Of a DNA stretch of 64,000 nt, positions 29,112 through 38,648 are shown piece after piece. The stretch lies in sequence record DRR723986_5625. One strand, 5' to 3'. Numbering within the stretch: the stretch's first letter is position 1; every line of letters begins with the position of its first letter. Made by a program: the position numbers and the translations under genes. The notes beneath the pieces are model-generated. The model was given only the letters and a program-made list of their open reading frames with translations. It ran no database searches and was not told where the DNA came from.

Positions 29112-32100
29112 ATGAAGAGCATTCCATTCTACGCCGGGATACTCCTGTCCCTCGTTTCACTTCAGTCGTTTGCGGCGAGCTTGCACCTCCAGGTGTTTCT
29201 TGACGAGGCGCCGCTGAAAGGCGTAACCGTCTCGCTGGATGATTCGCCGTTAGGGCGCACAGACGAGCGCGGTGGCGCCTCTGCAAGTATTACCGCAGGC
29301 AGCCATGTACTTACTCTTACTGACGATGACGTCGCTTTTCCGGTTACGTTTGATAGCGCTGTAGACGAAGACGTAGAGATCAGCGTGACCTTCACCTCGC
29401 GAGACGGCGTCGAGCCAGTGGTCAGCGTGGGTAAATTCGCTGCAGGTGATGACAGCGCTACCGGCTATATCACGGGCCAGGTAAGCAACACCCTGGGAGC
29501 GCCGATCGCCGGTGCAAAGGTAATCGTCGATGACGTCGGCCTGTCGACTCTGACGGATGCGGATGGTGTGTTTGTCCTGGAGGTTCCGCGCGGCTTGCAC
29601 AATGTGAAGGTGGTGGTGACGGGCTATAACAGCGTGGTTCTCAGTGAGATCCGTGTGCTGGCTGGTCTTGGTGTCTCCACGGCGGTGAAACTGTACCCCG
29701 CTGACAGCGGTCCGGAGACAGTCGCCCTGCCATCGACCCAGATCGAGGAAGTCGTGGTGCTGGGGGTGTTCAAAGCGACCGAAGATGCGGCGGGAATGGA
29801 ACGCTTCGCCACCTCGATCACCAACGCGATCGACATCGAGATGCTGGAACGATTCGGTGACAGCGATGTCGCCGCAGCCCTTAACCGGGTGGTTGGCGTG
29901 GCGGTTACAGACAGCAAGTATGCAACGGTTCGCGGCCTCGACGGGCGGTATATCTCCGCCACCCTGAACGGCTTGCTGATGCCCAGCACCGACCCGCAGC
30001 GGCGGGATGTGCAGCTTGACCTGTTCCCAACCAATATTCTCGGTGGTATCGAGATCCAGAAGTCCTACAGTCCGGATCAGCTGGCAACGACGACCGGTGG
30101 CTCGATCAAGATTCTCACCAAGGGGCTGCCGGACGAGCGCATTCACAAGCTGTCCGCCTCAACTGGCTACAATTTCGATTTCACCGGTGATGATGTCATC
30201 AGCCACCGCAGCAGCAACACGGAATGGCTCGGTTTTGACGCCGGCCTGCGCCAGCTGCCCAACTCGGTTGTTAACGCCACTAACGGCGGCACCTCGCTGA
30301 CGGTCTGCGACCCGGCGATCGACCCGGTGCGCTGTACCTCTCAGCTCGATGCCGCAGCGCTGGCAGTGCAGTTTCAGGATGATTACAACGTCGGTGACAA
30401 GACCGCTCTGCCTCCGGTAGGCCTGTCATGGGCCTTCGGTGACCGCCTGCCCGCAGGTGACGGCGAGTGGGGTTACTACGCCGCCCTGGATTACGACTAC
30501 GACTGGTCCGACCGCGGTCAGGCCGAGCTGAGCAATCCGCTGGAAACCAGCGGAACCTACCAGCGTTCAGAGGAAACCGTATCGATCAACGGTTACTTTG
30601 TGGCGGGTTACGAGTACGGCGTGGCCAACGAAGTGCTGAGCAAAACCAGCATCCTGCGCGCCTCCGCCGACACGACTCGTCTCGAGGAGGGCATCGAGCA
30701 GCGGGAAGACAGCGCTATCACCTCGGCCATCCTGCAATACGTGGAGCGCCAGTTCTTCGCCCAGGCCTTCACCGGGCATAATGAGTTCGAGTTCGAAAAC
30801 TCCACCCATGAACTGGACTGGCGCCTGGCCTATTCCCGGACCGACCGCGAGGAACCCGACCGTCGCCAGTACACCTACTTCAACAACAACCTCTCGACGT
30901 CAGCCTTTGAGCGCCGCTGGTCAGACCTGACCGAAGACAGCTACGACATCGTGGTCGACTATGCGATCCCGCTGCAGTGGGGCGAATACAACACCACCGA
31001 GTTCAAGGCCGGAGTGCTGTGGTCTGACAAGGAGCGTGAAGTTGAGCTGTTCCGCTTCGGTATCCGCCAGGGTGATTTCCGCGATGTCTCGCTCGGTATC
31101 GACCAGGATCTGGAGAAAGACATTCTGCCGTACCAGAACTTCGTGGTGGATCGTTTCCGCCTGGCGGCAAACACAACCGATACTGATTCCTATAACTCGA
31201 CCGAGGAAATCCAGGCCTATTACCTGAACACCAATACGGACCTGGGTGATGCCTGGACCTTCGGGCTGGGCGCACGCTTCGAGGACTTTTCCCAGGTGTT
31301 GGAATATCCGAACGAGGCTTCGGCTTCCAACCAGCTGGATTTCGATGACTGGTACCCCGCGGCCAGCGTCACCTGGCGGCCCGCCGAAGCTTGGCAGATT
31401 CGCGCCGGCTACAGTGAGACAGTCTCCTATCCCGGCCTGATCGAGCGCTCCGAATCCTTATCCTATGACCCGGATACCGATGACCCGATCTTCGGTAACC
31501 CCGACCTTGTTCCATCGACGATAGATAATATCGATGCCCGGGTTGAATACTATTTCAGCGATACTGAAAGCGTTTCGCTGGCGTTCTTTGCCAAGGACAT
31601 CACCAATCCGGTAGAGCGCGCGATTCCTGATGCCTCGGGCTCGGCCGCTCGCGGTATCACTTTCCGTAACCAGGACTCCGCCGACCTGTTTGGTGTCGAA
31701 CTGGATGCCAATATTAACGTTCTCGATGAGGCGGACTACCTGTTGTTCGTCGCCGGTAACGTGTCCTATATCGACTCTGAGGTCGAACTCTCCGAGGATT
31801 CCATCCGCCTGGAAGGAGAGGCTGCCAACGGACGTCAGCTGCAGGGTCAGTCCGAGTGGCTGGCCAACCTGCAGGTCGGCTTCGACCACTATCCGTCGGA
31901 GCAGAAGTTCACGTTCCTGGTCAACTGGTTCGATGATCGCATCTTCCGGATTGCCCGCGGTGCCCAGACTGGTCCGGAGATCGAGTCCGGTCGCATCATC
32001 ATCGACCTGACCTATGAAAAACGCTTCTCAGATTCCCTCACGCTTGAAATGCAGGTTAAGAACCTGCTCAACGAGGAAGTGGAATATGAGCAGAACAGCG

Positions 32101-32165
32101 GGGTTATTGAAAGCTACCAGACGGGCACCGAGTTCGGTATCAGTCTCAACTATGAGTTCCTCTGA
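29112..32165 (+). CDS. TonB-dependent receptor with N-terminal carboxypeptidase-regulatory-like extension
   Basis: Signal peptide, N-terminal ITGQV...PIAGAKV...TDADGVF domain, EEVVVLG TonB-box-like segment, plug VRGLDGRY and LDLFP, GNPDL, KNLLN and terminal LNYEFL. Confidence 0.93.
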   Translation: MKSIPFYAGILLSLVSLQSFAASLHLQVFLDEAPLKGVTVSLDDSPLGRTDERGGASASITAGSHVLTLTDDDVAFPVTFDSAVDEDVEISVTFTSRDGVEPVVSVGKFAAGDDSATGYITGQVSNTLGAPIAGAKVIVDDVGLSTLTDADGVFVLEVPRGLHNVKVVVTGYNSVVLSEIRVLAGLGVSTAVKLYPADSGPETVALPSTQIEEVVVLGVFKATEDAAGMERFATSITNAIDIEMLERFGDSDVAAALNRVVGVAVTDSKYATVRGLDGRYISATLNGLLMPSTDPQRRDVQLDLFPTNILGGIEIQKSYSPDQLATTTGGSIKILTKGLPDERIHKLSASTGYNFDFTGDDVISHRSSNTEWLGFDAGLRQLPNSVVNATNGGTSLTVCDPAIDPVRCTSQLDAAALAVQFQDDYNVGDKTALPPVGLSWAFGDRLPAGDGEWGYYAALDYDYDWSDRGQAELSNPLETSGTYQRSEETVSINGYFVAGYEYGVANEVLSKTSILRASADTTRLEEGIEQREDSAITSAILQYVERQFFAQAFTGHNEFEFENSTHELDWRLAYSRTDREEPDRRQYTYFNNNLSTSAFERRWSDLTEDSYDIVVDYAIPLQWGEYNTTEFKAGVLWSDKEREVELFRFGIRQGDFRDVSLGIDQDLEKDILPYQNFVVDRFRLAANTTDTDSYNSTEEIQAYYLNTNTDLGDAWTFGLGARFEDFSQVLEYPNEASASNQLDFDDWYPAASVTWRPAEAWQIRAGYSETVSYPGLIERSESLSYDPDTDDPIFGNPDLVPSTIDNIDARVEYYFSDTESVSLAFFAKDITNPVERAIPDASGSAARGITFRNQDSADLFGVELDANINVLDEADYLLFVAGNVSYIDSEVELSEDSIRLEGEAANGRQLQGQSEWLANLQVGFDHYPSEQKFTFLVNWFDDRIFRIARGAQTGPEIESGRIIIDLTYEKRFSDSLTLEMQVKNLLNEEVEYEQNSGVIESYQTGTEFGISLNYEFL

Positions 32166-32197
32166 TGCAGATGGAAGCTTGTGCAGTGCGGTGGGTG

Positions 32198-32231
32198 GTG
32201 TAACTCAATTGCAATATTTTGTCGGTAAAAG
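32198..32231 (+). promoter_or_regulatory. Possible second Pho box/promoter before the lipoprotein
   Basis: GTGTAAC-TCAA-TTGCAAT, then 10 nt, then TAAAAG. Confidence 0.4.
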
Positions 32232-32276
32232 CAGCGGTGAGATCGCTATTTTCTTTCAACTGGTAAGGGATGAATC

Positions 32277-35123
32277 ATGTTACATAAAGAGCTCTTGATA
32301 GCATTCCTCCTCGTCTTTACCACCCTGGTGGGTTGTAGCGGCGATGAGGGTGACGACGTAACTATCATCGTGCCTCCGCCTGATGGTGGCGACGGCGACG
32401 GCGATGGTGGTGACGGTAGCGGAGACGGCGACGGCGGTGATGGAAGCGACGGTGACTGTGCTTCCGTTGTTGAGGCCTCGTTCGTCGCCTTCAATGACGA
32501 TTGCTCCGTCGGGACCCTGTCCGGACAGGTCGATCAGGACTACACCCTGACCAGCAACGTTGAATGGCGTCTGGACGGCACTGTTCAGGTCGGTGACGGC
32601 AACCGGACAGTTGCCGATGATGCAGACGTACAGGCTATCCGCGATGCGGGTGTTGTGCTGACCGTCGAAGCGGGCACTGATGTCCGTGCTTTCGACACCG
32701 GTACCCTGCTGGTAACCCGGGGTTCGAAGCTGATCGCTGATGGCTCCGCCTCATCACCGATTACTTTCAGTAGCCTCGATGATAACTACGATGGCCTCGG
32801 CGAGTGGGGCGGCCTGGTAATCCAGGGCTTTGCTCCCCAGTACGGCCAGGGCGGCACCGGCGCATGCTTCGGTAGCGGCACCGTGTGTAACGTGGAAGGC
32901 GAGGGCGGCACTGACGTCTCGGTATACGGTGGTAATGATCCGGCCGACAACAGCGGTGTGCTGCGCTACGTTCGTGTGGCTGAGGGCGGCCTGGTGGCTG
33001 GCCCGAACAACGAGATTAATGGCGTAACCCTGCAAGGGGTTGGCCATGCTACGACCATCGAGTACGTGCAGGTGCACAACAACCTGGATGACGGGGTCGA
33101 GTGGTTTGGCGGTACCGTGGACGCGAAGTACCTGGTACTGACCGGCAACGATGATGATGACATCGACTACGATGAGGGCTACCAGGGTAATATCCAGTAC
33201 GCCATCATCCAGAAGGCCAAGGACAAGGACACCCCGACGGGCTCCAACGATCCGCGCGCTATTGAGGCAAACTCCTCCGATGACGAGTATGTGCCGGAAA
33301 CCGAGGCGGTCATCGCCAACGTGACCATCATCGGCAGCGCGATCAACAACAACCCAGACTCTGATGCCGGCGCCCAGCCGGGCATGCGCCTGCGCGGTGC
33401 TCTGACCACCAGCATCTACAACACGTCGGTGGCTGAGTTTGATGTGGGTTGTATCCGTATCGATGATGCAGATATCAATGGCGACGGCAGCGTTATCGAG
33501 CAGTCCAATGTCACCCTGGTCAATGTGTTGAATGACTGCCAGGAAGGGATCTACAACAAGCGTGAGGCAGATTCAGCCGACAACGTCCAGTTGCTGACCC
33601 TGACCTACAGCAACACGCTGGCGATCAACGAGTCCGAGGCGGTGCTGTCGGCTGCGCCGACCATCGAAGCCGTCAATAATGGTTCCGGTTTCGTTTTCGA
33701 CCAGACGGCCTATGTCGGTGCGGTTGATCCCGCCGCGGCCAGCGGCTGGTGGGAAGGCTGGACCCTGCCTGACACCGTGGGCTCGTCCGAGGAAGTCAAG
33801 CCGGCTGATTTTGTCAGCTGTAATGCGGACGACAGCGTCTGCACCATCACTGGCACCATTGACGAGGACTATACCCTGATTCCTGGCGTTGAATGGCGTC
33901 TGTCAGGTGAGGTGCTGGTTGGTGCCGGCAACCGCACCGTGGCGGATGATGCTGACGTGCAGCTGATCCGTGACGAAGGCGTGACCCTGACGGTCCGTGC
34001 CGGCGTCAGCGTGAAGGCCTTTGACGACGGATCCCTGCTGGTGACCCGTGGCTCCAAGCTGATGGCGGTGGGTTCACCGGCCAGCCCGATCACCTTCTCC
34101 AGCCTCGATGACAACTTCGACGGTGAAGGCGAGTGGGGCGGTCTGGTGATCCAGGGCTTTGCGCCCCAGTACGGCCAGGGCGGAACCGGCCCATGCTTCG
34201 GCAGCGGCACTGTCTGTAACGTGGTGGGCGAGGGCGGTACTGTCGTGGGCAACTACGGTGGTAATGATCCTGCGGACAACAGCGGCATGCTGCGCTACGT
34301 TCGCATCGCTGAAGGCGGCCTGGTGGCCGGCCCGAACAACGAGATCAACGGTCTTACCCTGCAGGGCGTCGGCCATGGCACCCTGATCGAGTACATCCAG
34401 GTTCACGGTAACCTCGATGACGGGATCGAGTGGTTCGGCGGCACGGTCAACGTACGTTACGCGGTTCTGACCAGTAACGACGATGACGACATCGATTACG
34501 ATGAAGGCTACAAGGGCAATGTCCAGTACGCCATCATTCGTAAGAACCCGAACAAGGATGCACCTACCGGCTCCAACGACCCACGCGGCATCGAGGCGAA
34601 CTCCTCAGATGACGACTTCGTCCCGGAGACCGATGCTGTACTGGCCAACATCCTGGTCCTGGGTAGTGCGGTCAATAACAACCCGGATTCGGATGCCGGC
34701 GCCCAGCCGGGCATGCGTCTGCGCGGTGCCCTCACCACCACTGTTTACAACAGTGCGGTGAAGGACTTTGACACCGGTTGTATCCGCATCGACGACGCCG
34801 ATATCAATGGTGACGGTTCCGAGATTGTGGAATCCGACGTCGGTCTGGTGAACGTCCTCGGTGAGTGTACCGATGGCTTCTATGACAAGCGTGCGGCTGA
34901 CCTCGAAGACAATGCCGGTGAGGACACTAACACGGGTGTCACCATTGACGATGCCTACGCCCTGACGAATGCTGAAGCTTCCGTCGCGGCACCTGGTATT
35001 GAAGCTGTCGATAACGGTTCTGGCTTTACCTTCGACGACACCGACTTTATCGGCGCGGTAGAGCCCGGTACGTCGGCTGGCGACGCCTGGTGGGCTGACT
35101 GGACGATTCCGGGCACGCTCTGA
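32277..35123 (+). CDS. Large acidic lipoprotein made of two tandem ~443-aa beta-helix-like units
   Basis: Lipobox LVGC and a D/G-rich linker. Each unit has GEWGGLVI, DNSG.LRYVR, NEING.TLQGVG, DDG.EWFGGTV and DDDDIDYDEGY.G. Confidence 0.85.
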   Translation: MLHKELLIAFLLVFTTLVGCSGDEGDDVTIIVPPPDGGDGDGDGGDGSGDGDGGDGSDGDCASVVEASFVAFNDDCSVGTLSGQVDQDYTLTSNVEWRLDGTVQVGDGNRTVADDADVQAIRDAGVVLTVEAGTDVRAFDTGTLLVTRGSKLIADGSASSPITFSSLDDNYDGLGEWGGLVIQGFAPQYGQGGTGACFGSGTVCNVEGEGGTDVSVYGGNDPADNSGVLRYVRVAEGGLVAGPNNEINGVTLQGVGHATTIEYVQVHNNLDDGVEWFGGTVDAKYLVLTGNDDDDIDYDEGYQGNIQYAIIQKAKDKDTPTGSNDPRAIEANSSDDEYVPETEAVIANVTIIGSAINNNPDSDAGAQPGMRLRGALTTSIYNTSVAEFDVGCIRIDDADINGDGSVIEQSNVTLVNVLNDCQEGIYNKREADSADNVQLLTLTYSNTLAINESEAVLSAAPTIEAVNNGSGFVFDQTAYVGAVDPAAASGWWEGWTLPDTVGSSEEVKPADFVSCNADDSVCTITGTIDEDYTLIPGVEWRLSGEVLVGAGNRTVADDADVQLIRDEGVTLTVRAGVSVKAFDDGSLLVTRGSKLMAVGSPASPITFSSLDDNFDGEGEWGGLVIQGFAPQYGQGGTGPCFGSGTVCNVVGEGGTVVGNYGGNDPADNSGMLRYVRIAEGGLVAGPNNEINGLTLQGVGHGTLIEYIQVHGNLDDGIEWFGGTVNVRYAVLTSNDDDDIDYDEGYKGNVQYAIIRKNPNKDAPTGSNDPRGIEANSSDDDFVPETDAVLANILVLGSAVNNNPDSDAGAQPGMRLRGALTTTVYNSAVKDFDTGCIRIDDADINGDGSEIVESDVGLVNVLGECTDGFYDKRAADLEDNAGEDTNTGVTIDDAYALTNAEASVAAPGIEAVDNGSGFTFDDTDFIGAVEPGTSAGDAWWADWTIPGTL
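32475..35120 (+). repeat. Intragenic tandem duplication, period about 1329 bp
   Basis: Unit 1 starts ASFV at 32475 and unit 2 starts ADFV at 33804. Long identical peptide blocks are shared, e.g. NNNPDSDAGAQPGMRLRGALTT. Confidence 0.93.
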
Positions 35124-35145
35124 TTACCCGGATACTGATCTGATG

Positions 35146-35173
35146 GCCGCGCCTTCGGGCGCGGCTTTTTTTT
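35146..35173 (+). terminator. Rho-independent terminator
   Basis: GCCGCGCC-TTCG-GGCGCGGC followed by T8. Confidence 0.92.
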
Positions 35174-35279
35174 GTCTGGTGCTTTCCCCGGTTGCGCTCG
35201 AGGCCGCAGTGTCGGCTACGCTTGCACCTTTGCGCGGTGCGGCTAGACTGCTGGCATACTTTCAGGCGGAGACTGACAC

Positions 35280-35942
35280 ATGGTGATCCTGCACGGCTTT
35301 TCTTTCAGTAACTACTACAACATGGTCAAGCACGCCCTGCTGTATAAGGGTATCGACTTCGAGGAACACAAGGTCTATCCCGGTGATCCGCAATTGATAG
35401 AGATCAGCCCGGTGGGCAAGATCCCCGCACTCACCACGGCGGACGGCCGGCACCTGTCGGAGAGCACGGTCTTGCTCGATTTTTTGGAGGATGCCTATCC
35501 CCAGAACCCGCTCTACCCGGCTGACCCCACAGAGCGCGCTCGGGTCCGGCAGCTGGTAAAGATCTCGGAACTTTACCTGGAACTGCCGGCACGCCGGCTG
35601 ATTGGCACCGTGTTCAGCAAGGCGCGGGCCCCCGCTGAACTGCGGGACGAGGTGCGCGCTTCGCTGGAGCGCGGTGTCAGCGGTATCAATGCCCTGGCCG
35701 ATTTCGACCCCTACGTCGCCGGCGACCAGCTTACTGTCGCGGACATCTACCTGCGTTATGCGCTGGCGATTCCGAAAACGGTTGCGCCGGCACAACTGGA
35801 CTGGGATATCTGCGCCAGTATTGACGGCCTGGCGGCCTGGGATGCGATGATGGCGGAGACAGAAATAGCCCGCAGGATCGACGCCGACCAGGCGGAGAAT
35901 GCGCCGGAGTTCATGGCACGCGTCGTCCAGGCGGCGCAGTAA
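35280..35942 (+). CDS. Glutathione S-transferase
   Basis: SNYYNMVK, SPVGKIPAL, LSESTVL and YVAGDQLTVADI. Confidence 0.9.
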   Translation: MVILHGFSFSNYYNMVKHALLYKGIDFEEHKVYPGDPQLIEISPVGKIPALTTADGRHLSESTVLLDFLEDAYPQNPLYPADPTERARVRQLVKISELYLELPARRLIGTVFSKARAPAELRDEVRASLERGVSGINALADFDPYVAGDQLTVADIYLRYALAIPKTVAPAQLDWDICASIDGLAAWDAMMAETEIARRIDADQAENAPEFMARVVQAAQ

Positions 35943-35997
35943 GCAGGAAGGATCGGGCCAAACAGGCCGGGAACGCGTTTTTTCGGAGGATGATGGA

Positions 35998-37023
35998 ATG
36001 AACTACACCAATCACATTGTGCAGCGCCTGGCCCTGCTGGTTCTGCTGCTTTGCCCGGGTTCACTGCTGCTCTCAGCGCAGGCCCAGACCGCAGCCGAGT
36101 TCCAGGCGGTTGTCGACAAGGCCCACGCCGCCTATCGCTCGCTGGATGATGGCAAGAACGCAGATTACATCCCCATTCTCACGGAAACCCCAAGCGACCT
36201 GTTCGGTGTGCTTATCGTGACCCGCGAAGGCAAGGTTTATGCGGCCGGTGATGTCGACTATGTGTTCTCCATCCAGTCAGTCTCCAAGCCGTTTACTGCC
36301 GGGCTGATCATGGCGCAGCAGGGTCCGGAGGTGCTGCGTGAGAAGATCGGCGTGGAGCCCACCGGCCTGCCGTTTAATTCCAAGATGGCATTGGAGATTT
36401 ACCAGGACCGCTCGGTCAACCCGCTGGTGAACGCCGGGGCGATCGCCGCGGTCAGCCTGGTGCAGGCTGACTCGGAGGCGCAGCGCTGGCAGCTGGTATC
36501 GCAAAATCTCAATGACTTTGCCGGGCGTGAGCTCAGCGTGCTGGAAAAGGTTTATGACTCTGAATACAGCACGGCTTTCGGCAACCGGGCAATAGCCAAC
36601 CTGCTGTATAACTATGATCGCCTGTACAGTGACCCGGAAGAGGCGATGCGGGTTTATACCCGTCAGTGTTCAGTCGGGGTCAGCGCCAGGGACCTGGGCA
36701 TGATGGGGGCAACCCTGGCCAATCTCGGGGTCAACCCGCTTACCGGCAAGCGGGTTATGCCGGCGAGGGATGTTCCGGAGCTGTTGGCGGTTATGGCGAC
36801 CGCGGGTTTTTACGACGAATCGGGTGACTGGATGTATGAAGCCGGCTTGCCCGCCAAGACGGGTGTCGGTGGCGGTATCGTTGCTGTGGTGCCGGGTAAG
36901 TTTGCCATTGCCGCATTTTCACCGCGACTGAACGAGGCCGGTAACAGCGTCCGTTCGCTGCGGGCGATCCGCGACATTGCCGGCGAACTTGGCGTGGGTA
37001 TTTACGGACCCAACCCGAAATAG
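35998..37023 (+). CDS. glsA: Glutaminase A with an N-terminal signal peptide
   Basis: ADYIP, FSIQSVSK (catalytic SxxK), NPLVNAGAI, YTRQCS, GLPAKTGVGGG and SPRL..AGNS. Start at ATG 35998 after GGAGG. Confidence 0.92.
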   Translation: MNYTNHIVQRLALLVLLLCPGSLLLSAQAQTAAEFQAVVDKAHAAYRSLDDGKNADYIPILTETPSDLFGVLIVTREGKVYAAGDVDYVFSIQSVSKPFTAGLIMAQQGPEVLREKIGVEPTGLPFNSKMALEIYQDRSVNPLVNAGAIAAVSLVQADSEAQRWQLVSQNLNDFAGRELSVLEKVYDSEYSTAFGNRAIANLLYNYDRLYSDPEEAMRVYTRQCSVGVSARDLGMMGATLANLGVNPLTGKRVMPARDVPELLAVMATAGFYDESGDWMYEAGLPAKTGVGGGIVAVVPGKFAIAAFSPRLNEAGNSVRSLRAIRDIAGELGVGIYGPNPK

Positions 37024-37051
37024 CAGCCGGATTCGCGTTCGTGAGTCGGCG

Positions 37052-37531
37052 CTAAAACCGGTAGCCCACCCACAGGCCGACGCCGTGAGACAGGCCAATG
37101 ACAATTGTGCCGACCAGCAGGTGCTCCGCCACCACCGGCAGCGCAGGAACATCCTGCAGGGTGGCCAGGCGCCAGCTCAGCAGTACCAGTAGCAGGGCGC
37201 CCCAGGCCAGGGCGGCAACTGTCGCCGTTTGCAGGGGCAGGAACCAGAAGGGCAGGGCGAAGGACGCCGCCACGATGAGCTTGGCAAGGAAGGTGGCAAT
37301 CGTCGCCGTCCATACGCGCTCGGTTGTTGCATCTGGCGAAGACTCTTCAGAGACGTGAATCCCCAGCGCGTCGGACATTGAATCGGCAACGGCTATAACC
37401 AGAATGCCGCCCATCACGGCCTCTAACGAACCGGTACCCGCCGCCAGCCCAACCAGCAACCCGCAGGTGGTGATGACCCCTGACGTGGTACCGAAAAACA
37501 GGCCTACCCTGATTCCGTCTGCGCTTGCCAT
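37052..37531 (-). CDS. VIT1/CCC1-like membrane protein
   Basis: FG..SGVITT.GL..G and IAVADSMSDALGIHVSEES, with about five TM segments. Confidence 0.7.
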   Translation of the reverse strand: MASADGIRVGLFFGTTSGVITTCGLLVGLAAGTGSLEAVMGGILVIAVADSMSDALGIHVSEESSPDATTERVWTATIATFLAKLIVAASFALPFWFLPLQTATVAALAWGALLLVLLSWRLATLQDVPALPVVAEHLLVGTIVIGLSHGVGLWVGYRF

Positions 37532-37550
37532 TATCTTTTCTCCTGTTGTC

Positions 37551-38648
37551 TCAGCCCCGGTAAACCCGCTGCCAGTTCGCGTGGATCCGGCGCCAGATAT
37601 CGCCGTCCTTGCGGCTTATCTCGGTCTCGAAATAGTGGTTCAGTCGCTTCAGGTCTGACAGCTTGTCTTTGACCGCAGCGCCGATGAGGAAGTCTATGAG
37701 GTCCTCGGAGGACATCGCGCCGGCGCGATAGTAGTAGGCGAAAACACCCATCGCGTGGGCCACTGACACCGCCTCAGCGGTGGACATCACCGCGCCGGCC
37801 AGTCGGTCTGTGCTTCGGCCGTCCAGGGTCTGGCCGTTGCGCAGCTCGTGGAAGATCGTGGTCAGAGCGCTGATGATGGTGGGATCCGGCGCCACATCAA
37901 CGCCCGCCGCCTGCAGCAGCCTGGCCGACTCGCGCATGACGACGGCAATTTCGTCTTCCACAGCGCTGATCGGGCGGATGGTTTCGAAATTCATTCGCCG
38001 CTTGAGTGCCGCGCTCATCACGTTCACACCTTCATCGTAAGTGTTCGAGGTGCCGATGATGTTGAAGCCGTCGCGGGCAAACAGGGTGGAGTCCTCCGGC
38101 GGTAACTCCGGGACCGAAGCTGCCCGCTCCGACAGCAGCGACAGCAGGGCGTCCTGCAGGGCCGGCGCGGTGCGGGCAATCTCCTCGAAGCGGACCAGCT
38201 TGCCATCCCGCATGGCGCGGTAGATGGGGCCGGGTATCAAGGCGTCCAGGCAGGGGCCGCGTTGTTCCAGCAGCGCCCGATTCCAGCTGTACACCAGTTG
38301 TTGTACGGTCTCGATCGCGCCACCCTGCACAACCAGCGTGGAGTCACCGCAGATCGCCGCGGCCAGTAGTTCCGACAGCCAGGATTTCGCCGTACCGGGC
38401 TCACCGACCAGCATCGCACCGCGCTGGGTTGCCAGGGATATGATTACCCGGGTCACAATCTGGCGCGGGGCGACAAACTTGGGTTCCAGGTCCAGCTCCG
38501 GGTCGCCGAGGACAAATTTTTCTACTGCCAGCGGGGATAGCAGCCAGCCGGGGGGGCGGGCTGCGGTATCCGTCTCCTGCAAGCGCGCCAGTTCATCGGC
38601 AAACACCATTTCTGCCGGAAGTCGCTGGCGGTGGGTTAGGTCGTTCAT
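37551..38648 (-). CDS. AAA+ ATPase, MoxR YehL-like subfamily
   Basis: PAE...ADEL..L, PPGW.LSP, Walker A GEPGTAKSWLSE.LAAAI.GDS, Walker B VRFEEI, MSAALKRRMNF and VMSTAEAV. Confidence 0.85.
   Translation of the reverse strand: MNDLTHRQRLPAEMVFADELARLQETDTAARPPGWLLSPLAVEKFVLGDPELDLEPKFVAPRQIVTRVIISLATQRGAMLVGEPGTAKSWLSELLAAAICGDSTLVVQGGAIETVQQLVYSWNRALLEQRGPCLDALIPGPIYRAMRDGKLVRFEEIARTAPALQDALLSLLSERAASVPELPPEDSTLFARDGFNIIGTSNTYDEGVNVMSAALKRRMNFETIRPISAVEDEIAVVMRESARLLQAAGVDVAPDPTIISALTTIFHELRNGQTLDGRSTDRLAGAVMSTAEAVSVAHAMGVFAYYYRAGAMSSEDLIDFLIGAAVKDKLSDLKRLNHYFETEISRKDGDIWRRIHANWQRVYRG

Noticed and set aside
32381-32456. GAC/GGC-rich short repeats as a CRISPR array or VNTR
   Set aside because: They encode an in-frame Asp/Gly linker with no repeat-spacer structure. 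I saw no CRISPR array or cas gene in the window.
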